Assembly (NCBI GenBank): GCA_029240075.1
Contig: JARBTQ010000009.1
Coordinates: 2,863-66,862, forward strand
Length of the DNA: 64,000 bases
Direction of reading: 5' to 3'
Source of the DNA: Chlamydiales bacterium
Lineage (GTDB): Bacteria > Chlamydiota > Chlamydiia > Chlamydiales > JARBTQ01
How positions within the stretch are numbered: position 1 is the stretch's first letter; every line of letters begins with the position of its first letter. The translations under genes and the position numbers were made by a program. Under the pieces are notes generated by a model. The model ran no database searches and had not been told where the DNA came from. It worked only from the letters and a program-made list of their open reading frames with translations. Positions 10,417 through 19,082 of this stretch are shown in pieces.

Positions 10417-10804
10417 GCTACTTGTTGCCTGTATGGATTGCTACCTATTCTTTGCTTTAACCTCATAATTCCCAGTAAAAACTCCTTTCTATAAAAATCC
10501 CCTTACCTTATTTAAAAGTCTAAGAAGACTATTTTATAACGATCTTGCTTAGTAGCTCAAGATTTCTGCTAATAGAACCGATATATCGATGATTATGCTT
10601 ACAAGTTGTACGATTTATTAGGTTTCTTGCGCAACCTTGCTATTCGATAGCTACATAGATCTCTTCAAATACAATTTTGTAAGAGATTTATTGAGGCTTT
10701 TTAGTAGGGCAAGGAGCTCCCGTGGACCACTTGCAAGTTTAAAATGTTTAAAAAGTAGATAGGCATTTATTGGTAAAGAGCTAAGTAGAAAGGAAATTAT
10801 TAAG

Positions 10805-12211
10805 ATGCAAGAATATGATCTCATTGTAATTGGATCAGGACCTGGTGGAGAAAAAGCTGCCGTAAAAGCAGCATACTTTGGATATAAAGTTGCTTTGATA
10901 GAAAAAGAGACAAAATTTGGTGGTGTTTGTGTTAATACAGGAACTTTACCCTCCAAGTCATTGAAAGAAACTTCCCTTTATTATTCAGGAAAATATGATC
11001 GTGGACTTTACGGCATGGATCGTCAATTTAGCCGTCAAACATCGATCGAAGATTTCATGTTTCGCAAAAATTCGGTGATTTCATCTGAAGAGAAAGCTAT
11101 CTTCCATAACCTTATTCAGCATAAAGTTGATATATACAAAGGAGTTGCTTCCTTTAAGGATCAACATGTGGTGCAAGTTAAAGGAGAAACAGCGCAAGAG
11201 ATCTACGGAAAGCACATTATTATAGCTACAGGATCTTACCCCTTCCATCCTAATAACATCCATTTCGATAATTGCCGTATTCATGATTCTGACACAATTC
11301 TCAATATTACACGTCTTCCTAAATCAATTTGTATCTTAGGCGCAGGGGTCATTGGATGTGAATACGCTACTATATTTGCAACTATAGGGGCTAAAGTTTA
11401 CCTTGTTAATCGCACAAATGAGATCCTTCCGTTTATAGATCAAGAGTTAGCCAAATCGCTTATTTCTCAAATGCAACAAGATGGTTTAGAAGTTTTATTT
11501 AATAACTCTGTAGAAGAGATCACATCGCCAGCTTCGGATGATCAACCCCTTACTATTAAGCTTGAATCAGGGGCGCCTTTAGAAGTTGATATGTTCTTAT
11601 TCGCAGCTGGACGTTGCGGAAATACGAAAGAGCTGAAGTGTGAAAATGCCGGTATCAAATTAGGTAAGCGCGAAACCATCGAAGTCGATGCTAATTACCG
11701 CACAAATATACCCCATATTTATGCTGTAGGAGATGTCGTCGGTTTTCCTTCCCTAGCAAGTACAAGCATGGACCAAGGACGCGTAGCTGTAACTCATATG
11801 TTTAATACTGGAGATTTGGACCATTTAGCCACAGTATTCCCCTACGGCATTTATACTATCCCTGAAATTTCTATGGTTGGGATCACAGAAGAAGAAGCTA
11901 AGAAAAACAATATGAACTACTGTACTGGTTTAGCACGACATGCTGATCTACCTAGAGGTAAAATCATGGGTGCTAAAGAAGGTATGTTAAAACTAATATT
12001 TACACGTGATGATCTAATTATACGTGGAGTACATATTATAGGTCCTCTGGCTAGTGAAATTATTCACTATGGAATGACATTAGTAGAAAACAAGAGAACA
12101 TTATTACAAGTCATCTCAACAGTTTTTAACTATCCTACATTGCATGATCTTTATAAATATGCATGTTACGATGGATTAGGAAACTTAAATCATCACAAAA
12201 TTAAGCCTTAA
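10805..12211 (+). CDS. sthA: Soluble pyridine nucleotide transhydrogenase (flavoprotein disulfide reductase family)
   Basis: DLIVIGSGPGGEKAA, GGVCVNTGTLPSK (single Cys, as in SthA), GAGVIGCEYA, YAVGDVVGFPSLAS, GIYTIPEISMVG and FNYPTLHDLYKYA align along the full length with the E. coli SthA pattern. Confidence 0.85.
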   Translation: MQEYDLIVIGSGPGGEKAAVKAAYFGYKVALIEKETKFGGVCVNTGTLPSKSLKETSLYYSGKYDRGLYGMDRQFSRQTSIEDFMFRKNSVISSEEKAIFHNLIQHKVDIYKGVASFKDQHVVQVKGETAQEIYGKHIIIATGSYPFHPNNIHFDNCRIHDSDTILNITRLPKSICILGAGVIGCEYATIFATIGAKVYLVNRTNEILPFIDQELAKSLISQMQQDGLEVLFNNSVEEITSPASDDQPLTIKLESGAPLEVDMFLFAAGRCGNTKELKCENAGIKLGKRETIEVDANYRTNIPHIYAVGDVVGFPSLASTSMDQGRVAVTHMFNTGDLDHLATVFPYGIYTIPEISMVGITEEEAKKNNMNYCTGLARHADLPRGKIMGAKEGMLKLIFTRDDLIIRGVHIIGPLASEIIHYGMTLVENKRTLLQVISTVFNYPTLHDLYKYACYDGLGNLNHHKIKP

Positions 12212-12220
12212 AAGGTCACT

Positions 12221-13213
12221 ATGCCTCCAATTCAACCAAACAATTTTAAATGGTCTTATAAACATTTATTCTTGCTATTGGGGGCGCCATGTATCGTAGC
12301 ATTAGCGCTTTTTATTTATAATTCCAGTTCTAAAAGCATGTTAGAAAATTTCAATGTTTTATCTGAACAAGCCAACCAGCTAACTACTAAAGATCCCTAT
12401 GTTATTGCTCTCTACGAGCAAAATAAAGCTCAGCGGGAACAAGTTATAAAATTGACTGAGCAAATTCGTATACTCGAGAGTTCAACACAAGAAGAACTAA
12501 AAACTACGTCACAAAGTACGAATAAAACAGGTGATTTTTATAAGATTATCGAGCAATTGCAGTTGCAACTGAAAAATAAAGAAGCCTTGCTGGTAAATAA
12601 ATCTTTAAAATACAACAAGCTTTCAAAAGAATTTCAAGAGCAACAATCTACTTGGCTAAAGTACCGCAATGAAAGTGAAACACTTTTTCAAGAGATAAGC
12701 AAGCGCAATGCAGAACTTGAAAATATTTTAGAGATACAACAGCGAGAAAATATAGCTTTACTTCAGCTACAAGAAAATGCGCATCCTTTAGATATTGGGG
12801 AAAATTACCAGATTCAAACTTACAAAGCTTTGAAGCAGCAAAACCAGCTATTATTTACCCAATTAGAAGCTTTAAGAGGCTATAGAGAGAAATACTTACG
12901 TGAATTTGAAATAAGGAAACAAAGAGAAGAACAGTTAAGTCAGCTACAAGAAGGCTCATTGCCAGAGATACAGACACAATTACATACAAACTCTAACAAG
13001 GCTAATAAAATTAATTTGGCAAAATTGCCGTATAAGGTGTTGAAAGAATCAGTAAAACGAATCCATATAGCTTCTGATGGGGACTCTCTTAATTCTATTG
13101 CTGCTTACTACTATGGAGATGAGCAAAAATGGAAACAAATCTATGAAACAAATTATCCTCTCATTTCAGACCTCAGCCACGTAAAGGCGGGCACTATATT
13201 GGTTATTCCTTGA
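12221..13213 (+). CDS. Membrane-anchored coiled-coil protein with a C-terminal LysM domain
   Basis: N-terminal TM helix LFLLLGAPCIVALALFIY, a long Q/E/L-rich coiled coil, and a C-terminal DGDSLNSIAAYYYGDEQKWKQIYETNYPLISDLSHVKAGTILVIP that matches the LysM pattern. Confidence 0.7.
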   Translation: MPPIQPNNFKWSYKHLFLLLGAPCIVALALFIYNSSSKSMLENFNVLSEQANQLTTKDPYVIALYEQNKAQREQVIKLTEQIRILESSTQEELKTTSQSTNKTGDFYKIIEQLQLQLKNKEALLVNKSLKYNKLSKEFQEQQSTWLKYRNESETLFQEISKRNAELENILEIQQRENIALLQLQENAHPLDIGENYQIQTYKALKQQNQLLFTQLEALRGYREKYLREFEIRKQREEQLSQLQEGSLPEIQTQLHTNSNKANKINLAKLPYKVLKESVKRIHIASDGDSLNSIAAYYYGDEQKWKQIYETNYPLISDLSHVKAGTILVIP

Positions 13214-13444
13214 AGAATTCTCCTGAAAATTGGTATGTTCTTTAATAAGAAATAACTTTTTAACTCCGTAAATTTTTACTTATAAAGCTAAATTTCAAGC
13301 AAATCTTAATAGTTTTTTGCCTGAAATGGGATTATATAGACTTCTATAAACTTCGGCTATATTTATTAAGATTAGAAGTGAGCTAATCTTTTAGCCGTTT
13401 GTAAAGCGATTTTTCTTTTATAGGTATACATAGGATGTATAGCA

Positions 13445-14194
13445 ATGCTTAAATGTTTTTTACGTCAGATCCCCTATCTAGTTTGCGCTACAACTTTAGG
13501 GATGGCTTCTATTCTTATGGCACAGACTGAAGTTGCGCCTTTCAATTTGCCACAAGTAAGTGAATCAACTTTAGACCTTAAAAAAGTGTTCAATGGTTCT
13601 CCACTTATTTACACGATATTACTTATCCTATCAATTATCTCATTTGTTTTGTGGCTCTATACGGCACTTTCTCTTCGTTTATCAGAATTAGCTCCCAGTA
13701 ATTTGACTAATCAACTAGAAGAACAACTCAAAGATCAACGTTTTGAAGCCGCAATTAAGACGTGCCAATCGAGCAAAAGCGCTTTAGCACTCATCATGCT
13801 GAGCGCATTGAATATGCGCAAGCAAGGAGTGCAACTAATTAACGAAGCTATCCAAGCTGAAGGACGCCGTTTAGGAATTACTTTATGGCAGAGGCTCTCC
13901 CTTCTCAATGACATCATTACTATAGCTCCTATGCTGGGATTATTAGGTACTGTAATTGGGATGTTTTACGCCTTTTATGATGTCAATCGCAGCATGGAAA
14001 GTATTATCGCTATTTTTGACGGATTAGGTATAGCGATTGGAACAACCGTGGCTGGGTTAATTGTCGCGATTACTGCTATGATTTTTCATACGCATCTTAA
14101 GCAAAAAGTGTCGAAAGTCCTTAATTTTGTTGAAGCTCAAGCAACATTTCTAGGAGCTTTATTAATCTCTGCTACAGAAACTGATTCAAAGTAA
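13445..14194 (+). CDS. tolQ: MotA/TolQ/ExbB family proton-channel protein
   Basis: Three TM segments and the conserved C-terminal core IAPMLGLLGTVIGM...GLGIAIGTTVAGLIVAI. Confidence 0.8.
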   Translation: MLKCFLRQIPYLVCATTLGMASILMAQTEVAPFNLPQVSESTLDLKKVFNGSPLIYTILLILSIISFVLWLYTALSLRLSELAPSNLTNQLEEQLKDQRFEAAIKTCQSSKSALALIMLSALNMRKQGVQLINEAIQAEGRRLGITLWQRLSLLNDIITIAPMLGLLGTVIGMFYAFYDVNRSMESIIAIFDGLGIAIGTTVAGLIVAITAMIFHTHLKQKVSKVLNFVEAQATFLGALLISATETDSK

Positions 14195-14215
14195 TCTCTT
14201 ATAGGCGAAAACATT

Positions 14216-14680
14216 ATGAGTTTTTTACCAGAAAACGAAATTAAAAGTCAGGGAGCTTTGAACATGGCCCCTATGATTGACTTCTTATTTCTAATGCTTT
14301 CATTTTTTGCCTGCCTTTCTGTATCTAGAATTACAACTCGTGATACAGAAGTAAACCTTGTCGAAGTAAAACCTGAAGCAGGTGCAGTGGATACAGGCCA
14401 GATGAATAGCGACCTAAAGATTATCCATATTAGTATTACAGCAGATAACGAATATAAATGGATTACAGAAATTCGCGACTATAAGATGAAGTCCCCTGAA
14501 GATATCGCAGCTGAACTAGAGCGACAATATCAACAAGGACTGTTGCCTGCGGATAAAACAAAGACTCAGGTCTTATTAAGAATCGATAAGAATGCTACCT
14601 GGGAACCTATTTTAAAAGTTCTCTTTGCTATTCGCGATACAGGATTCGATGTAAGACCTTTATATGAACCAGAACAATAA
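14216..14680 (+). CDS. tolR: ExbD/TolR family protein
   Basis: NMAPMIDFLFLMLSFF N-terminal TM motif, ~150 aa, located directly downstream of the tolQ-like gene. Confidence 0.75.
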   Translation: MSFLPENEIKSQGALNMAPMIDFLFLMLSFFACLSVSRITTRDTEVNLVEVKPEAGAVDTGQMNSDLKIIHISITADNEYKWITEIRDYKMKSPEDIAAELERQYQQGLLPADKTKTQVLLRIDKNATWEPILKVLFAIRDTGFDVRPLYEPEQ

Positions 14681-14700
14681 ATTAATAAAGTGGAATATTT

Positions 14701-14850
14701 ATGAAATTTTTTAACGTGAAGTCTATCATCTATCTAGTACTCATGAGCTCTGTATCTATCGGGTGTACAGGGCTAAAGCGCAATAAAATTACTGTTAAAG
14801 ATGACTATTACAAGAATTATTATAGCTCTGATCCAGCACAAAAGAAGTAA
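14701..14850 (+). CDS. Small putative lipoprotein (49 aa), absent from the ORF track
   Basis: My translation: MKFFNVKSIIYLVLMSSVSIGCTGLKRNKITVKDDYYKNYYSSDPAQKK. It has a signal peptide with a lipobox-like VSIG|C. It starts 20 nt after the tolR stop and is followed by a 12-bp hairpin. Confidence 0.45.
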   Translation: MKFFNVKSIIYLVLMSSVSIGCTGLKRNKITVKDDYYKNYYSSDPAQKK

Positions 14851-14864
14851 CCTACCATTTTTTC

Positions 14865-14896
14865 TTAGCTCTGCTGCATATATTCAGCAGAGCTAA
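14865..14896. terminator. 12-bp perfect hairpin between the convergent small lipoprotein gene and tpx
   Basis: TTAGCTCTGCTG / CAGCAGAGCTAA with an 8-nt loop. No clear U-tract on either strand. Confidence 0.4.
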
Positions 14897-14996
14897 CACT
14901 ACCATTATTCAGAATGAAGTGGTGCACGTAAGAATATTGATCTAATCTAAACATTAAGTATTTATTTTAAGTTACCTGCTATGGCCTCTATTGTAA

Positions 14997-15494
14997 TTAA
15001 ACTAAAGCTGCTAAAGCTTTATCATAGTTGGGTTCTTGTGTAATTTCAGGCACTTGCTCTATATAGAGAACTTGATCTTGCTCATTGAGTACTACAATTG
15101 CTCGGGAACACAATCCTTTGATTGGACCGTCTACGATCAAAACACCGTAGTCCTTAGCAAAACTACTGCGAAAAGCTGAAAGAGCCTCTACGACATTAAT
15201 TCCTTCTGCCTGACAAAAGCGCCCTTGTGCAAAGGGGAGATCACAAGATATATTCAAAATTACAGTATTTTTAACTAATGAGGCTTTTTCATTAAATTTT
15301 TTTACGGAATTAGCACAAACACCTGTATCTAGACTAGGAAATATATTAAGAATCTTTTTCTTCCCTTGGTAACTTTGTAAAGAAACTTCTGATAGGTCCC
15401 CTTTGACTAGTTGAAAATTAGGCGCTGCAGAACCTACTTCTGGTAATTTTCCTACTGTATTGATAGTGTTTCCTTTCAATTTAATAGCTGTCAT
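14997..15494 (-). CDS. tpx: Thiol peroxidase (atypical 2-Cys peroxiredoxin, Tpx)
   Basis: APNFQLVKGDL, FPSLDTGVCA (peroxidatic Cys) and SCDLPFAQGRFC (resolving Cys). ATG at 15494 is preceded by AGGAG and is preferred over 15515. Confidence 0.9.
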   Translation of the reverse strand: MTAIKLKGNTINTVGKLPEVGSAAPNFQLVKGDLSEVSLQSYQGKKKILNIFPSLDTGVCANSVKKFNEKASLVKNTVILNISCDLPFAQGRFCQAEGINVVEALSAFRSSFAKDYGVLIVDGPIKGLCSRAIVVLNEQDQVLYIEQVPEITQEPNYDKALAALV

Positions 15495-15587
15495 AGCCGT
15501 TTCTCCTGATTGCATTTAATGGTTAATAAAGTAGCTGGAATGATTAAAAATCAATATGCTCCTCTTAAAGGAAAATTTAAAGATATT

Positions 15588-17111
15588 TTAACTATGATCT
15601 TTATGAAAAAAGTTTCCGTGCAAAGCAAAAGGATTATGGTGGGGTAACCAAACCCGAGCTAATTCCACAAAATTAGTTGCATTTAAAAGTAGTAAAAAGG
15701 ATTTGTTGTGCTTTGGAGACAATACTACTGACATAACAACTCCGTCATCTTCTTGCACCCCCATTGGATTGGAAACAAAGATAGGTTCTCCAGGATAAGT
15801 TTCTGGCTCATACCAAATTTGACTTGATTGCAGGTCAATATCATATTTTACCAAACTATTCAAAAAGTCTGATTTATCACCTGTATTAGCTACCATATAT
15901 ACAAAGCGATAATCTTTAGTTAATCGATCATCAGCTATACGAGGAAATTCGACAAACAGATCAAGCAAGATATGGTGTTCTACTTCCCCTGTCTCGATAT
16001 TTATTTTAAATCGCTCTAAGCAAGATTTTTCTAAAGATCCAGGGCGCTCGGCCAATTCATCGGTAGTAATCCCATTAAAATCATGATAAGTAATGGCATC
16101 AATGATTACAAATTGTCCTTGCTCAAAACAATTCGCTATATGATACATGAAAAACGGCTTGGTGTAATAGGACCTATAATTTTTTTTATCTCTATCTATG
16201 AGAGTAAATTTAGTTTGAATGGAGGGAGTCCATTTGAATTGCCTTTGATAGCCACGAGCTCGGTGTAATTTAAAATCCAAAGGATTTGATGTTAGGGGTA
16301 ATTCTGGAAGGATGACATAATGCTCGGTAAGACCTAAACTATGCATATAGGATGGATGTGAGACTGGTAACTCAGCTAAAAGCTCTCTTTTTTCACTGCT
16401 AGGATTGATTTTATATATTAAATACTTTGTTTTGGTTCCATAAGATATCAGATAATTAAAAATTTCCATTGTACAGGGATCTTGAATGGGGTGAGCAGAA
16501 GTTGCTTGCCCTGTAAGTTCGTCAGAAAATGTAAAAAGTCCTATGGTATCTAAATTATCAGGGTTAAATATAACATGAGGCGTAGGGCTTTCGGTAAGAG
16601 CTACAAATGAATCGCCGTATTTAGCAACATTTACATTAGCATTGTCATTAACTCGTATTTTTCTGAGTCCAAAAATTTTTTCCCAAAGGCTTAAGTGCTG
16701 ACGCCCCATAAATTTACTAAATACAAATTCGTGGTACTTAAGGGAATTTCTATATGCTTCTGAACGTAAAAATTTATTAGAATAAGTGATTTTTCCTGGC
16801 TGCAAAGAAATCTTATAAAGCATGGCTAATCCATCAAACCAATGCTCAATACAATCTGAACCTACTTCAAAACAAGCAGGTCCTACGCGGAATAAATCCC
16901 CGTTAATCCAACCTGGTATTTCTCCTTTAACCTCTAAAGACTGCTCTGAAATTTCCGCTAATAAGGATCTAAAACCTAAGCTGTAGCCTCTTTTCCATTT
17001 TTGAAGTCTTCGCTCAATACTTAAAGGTTTACTTTTGTCTTTGCAAATTGCAAACAATGAGGTAGAGCTTTGTAAAAAAGATTGCAGCAATACACTTATT
17101 TTATTTTTCAT
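15588..17111 (-). CDS. Carotenoid cleavage oxygenase family protein (RPE65 / apocarotenoid / lignostilbene dioxygenase type)
   Basis: FDGLAMLYK, plus four His-containing motifs in family order: TSAHPIQDP, SYMHSLGLTEHYVIL, FFMYHIANCF, FALHGNFF. Also EFPRI. N-terminal signal-like segment LLQSFLQSSTSLFAIC. Confidence 0.85.
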   Translation of the reverse strand: MKNKISVLLQSFLQSSTSLFAICKDKSKPLSIERRLQKWKRGYSLGFRSLLAEISEQSLEVKGEIPGWINGDLFRVGPACFEVGSDCIEHWFDGLAMLYKISLQPGKITYSNKFLRSEAYRNSLKYHEFVFSKFMGRQHLSLWEKIFGLRKIRVNDNANVNVAKYGDSFVALTESPTPHVIFNPDNLDTIGLFTFSDELTGQATSAHPIQDPCTMEIFNYLISYGTKTKYLIYKINPSSEKRELLAELPVSHPSYMHSLGLTEHYVILPELPLTSNPLDFKLHRARGYQRQFKWTPSIQTKFTLIDRDKKNYRSYYTKPFFMYHIANCFEQGQFVIIDAITYHDFNGITTDELAERPGSLEKSCLERFKINIETGEVEHHILLDLFVEFPRIADDRLTKDYRFVYMVANTGDKSDFLNSLVKYDIDLQSSQIWYEPETYPGEPIFVSNPMGVQEDDGVVMSVVLSPKHNKSFLLLLNATNFVELARVWLPHHNPFALHGNFFHKDHS

Positions 17112-17389
17112 AGCTTACTCCCCTTCTCCCTTATTACCTAAAATAAAATGCAAAATCGTTCTGATTACGAATTAATTAAATGAGTATGGCAAAAAGGATA
17201 GCAGTTCTGTAATTTTTTAGCATGTTTTTAAGTAGGCAGGTAATAATAGGCTTAAAAACGCTGGTTATATCTGTTGGGGATTTGTAATCTGAAAAAGAAA
17301 AAATTTATAAAGTGCAGTGTTTTTATCTGCACACAGATTCCTAAGAAATTTTCCGTAAAGAAAAGTATTAAAAAGATCGAATTATCAAC

Positions 17390-17812
17390 CTATCTCAATA
17401 AATTCAAACTACGCTTTTTAGAGGTTAAAGGGAAAACGATATAGGCTGATTCCATTTTTTCTAAAGCTTGGCTGACCTGACGAGTTTCATTTAATTCAGC
17501 TTTGACAAGCCCTTGTAATATGGTTAAATGAGTAACAAATTGTTCGTTTTTTGACTGTATAAGCTTTAAATGTCCCTCAAATTCTGCAACTTCTTCTGAA
17601 GTCAATAAATTTTTATAGTCATTATTAGAGAGAACTAATTCCTCCAAACCACTTAATAGAGCAGCCTGTTCCTCTTGACCTTGACTGACTAGCTGATAAT
17701 TCCAATCTAAATGAGCAATACTTGAGAGGTAATCCAAATTAAAATTGAGACGGCTAATTAAGGATTTTGCTTTTTGCAAAAAATTTTGCCTGGTTAAGGT
17801 TGTACATGCCAT
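17390..17812 (-). CDS. All-helical 140-aa protein, possible FliT/FlgN-like export chaperone
   Basis: Starts 3 nt after the FliS-like stop. Size, predicted helical character and the C-terminal LVKAELNETRQVSQALEKMESAY resemble FliT/FlgN. The assignment is tentative. Confidence 0.3.
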   Translation of the reverse strand: MACTTLTRQNFLQKAKSLISRLNFNLDYLSSIAHLDWNYQLVSQGQEEQAALLSGLEELVLSNNDYKNLLTSEEVAEFEGHLKLIQSKNEQFVTHLTILQGLVKAELNETRQVSQALEKMESAYIVFPLTSKKRSLNLLR

Positions 17813-17815
17813 AGT

Positions 17816-18271
17816 TTATCCTTGAATATTAAGGCCACCTTTTTGAGCAGGTAAAGGCATTGGAGAACGAACTGGTTGTTTCATTTCTTGCTCAATTGCT
17901 TGTACCCACGAATCTCTTAAACCAGATAGAAGAGACTTAAGCTCTGCTATCACTTCATGCCCTTTTGTAATATTAGTAGTGATCAATCTATAACGCATGT
18001 ATTCGTAGAGACGAAAAAGATTTTGAGCAATATCTCCGCCGCTATCAAAGTCTAAGGATGCCATTAACTCGCCGAGAATGTTCTGACAATAAATAATATT
18101 CTGGTGGAACTTATCTATTCTTGAAAATTGATCTTCAGCTAAGGCTGCTTCTGCCCGATTAAGATAGTCTATAGCACCATCATATAGTAAGAGTATTAAT
18201 TGTCCTGGGCTAGCAGATTCAATTTGCTTTTTCTTATATAATTGTGCTACTTCTTTCTCGTTATTAACCAC
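17816..18271 (-). CDS. fliS: FliS-family flagellar export chaperone homologue
   Basis: Full-length match to the FliS pattern: QIESASPGQLILLLYDGAIDYLNRAEAAL, FHQNIIYCQNILGELMASLDFDSGGDIAQNLFRLYEYMRYRL, ELKSLLSGLRDSWVQAIEQ. GTG start with AAGGA upstream. Confidence 0.8.
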   Translation of the reverse strand: MVNNEKEVAQLYKKKQIESASPGQLILLLYDGAIDYLNRAEAALAEDQFSRIDKFHQNIIYCQNILGELMASLDFDSGGDIAQNLFRLYEYMRYRLITTNITKGHEVIAELKSLLSGLRDSWVQAIEQEMKQPVRSPMPLPAQKGGLNIQG

Positions 18272-18305
18272 AGCCTTATCCTTGTTAGACTATTTCCTTA
18301 AAAAA

Positions 18306-18926
18306 CTATTTAGCAGATAGAGAAGTCATAAATTTTTCTTCCATTGCAGCAATGACAGGCTTAGTAAGTTCTAGTAATGGAATAATGTCTGATTTAATGA
18401 GATCTGAAGCTTTTGGAAAATCACTCGATTCCATAGCTGCCACTACTTCCTGAAATTTAGGAGCTAATCCATTAAGCCACCCTTCAAAATTTTGTCCATT
18501 GAAAACAAGACTTTCACATTCTCTTGGAAAGAGTTGATAGAGATTAGTCCAAAATTCAAAGAAGTGCTTTAATTCATTCATTACAATTTCAGCATTGTTT
18601 ACAGTATTATATACTAAATTATCTGCAAATATACGAATTTGCTGAAGCAATGCATCATGAGCTACAGCTACCCCTTGTAATTGGTTGAGCATAAATTGCT
18701 CCAGTCTAACGACTCCAAAATCCAATACTTCAGCTCCTGTCAATATGTTTTCTTGCATAGCTTCGAATTGTTCTTGGGTAAGGGATCGGCCATCTATACT
18801 TAGAGCAACAGGAACTTTTCCTTCAGACAATAAGTAAGCTTCCACTTCTTCTACAACTTGTTTTACTTTGACATCCTTACCTGGTAATTCTAAATCAACA
18901 GATATACCTTCGATAATAATTTGCAT
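18306..18926 (-). CDS. Hypothetical 206-aa protein, first gene of the FliS-like operon
   Basis: N-terminal ~70-aa beta-rich module MQIIIEGISVDLELPGKDVKVKQVVEEVEAYL, then a helical domain. No family recognised. 34-nt spacer to the fliS-like gene. Confidence 0.55.
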   Translation of the reverse strand: MQIIIEGISVDLELPGKDVKVKQVVEEVEAYLLSEGKVPVALSIDGRSLTQEQFEAMQENILTGAEVLDFGVVRLEQFMLNQLQGVAVAHDALLQQIRIFADNLVYNTVNNAEIVMNELKHFFEFWTNLYQLFPRECESLVFNGQNFEGWLNGLAPKFQEVVAAMESSDFPKASDLIKSDIIPLLELTKPVIAAMEEKFMTSLSAK

Positions 18927-19082
18927 AAGACCTCAAGGGTTAACAGGGGGGTTAGCTAAAATAGCTTTATCTAAAACCGATAAATAATCAATCACTTCAT
19001 TCTGGTCAATTCAGAATTTTAGTTAAGGGTAATTATTTTATTCATAAAGTTTCTAAACAGGTATAATGCCTTACTAGTAAGT

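Noticed and set aside
10651-10956. 101-aa minus-strand ORF overlapping the sthA start and promoter region
   Set aside because: It overlaps the strongly supported sthA N-terminus in antisense. It has no motif and no ribosome-binding site that I could see.
17390-18926. Interpreting the FliS-like gene as evidence of a functional flagellum
   Set aside because: No structural, motor or flagellin genes occur in this window, and the genomic context is non-flagellar. The question can only be settled with the whole genome, so I report it as an orphan chaperone module instead.
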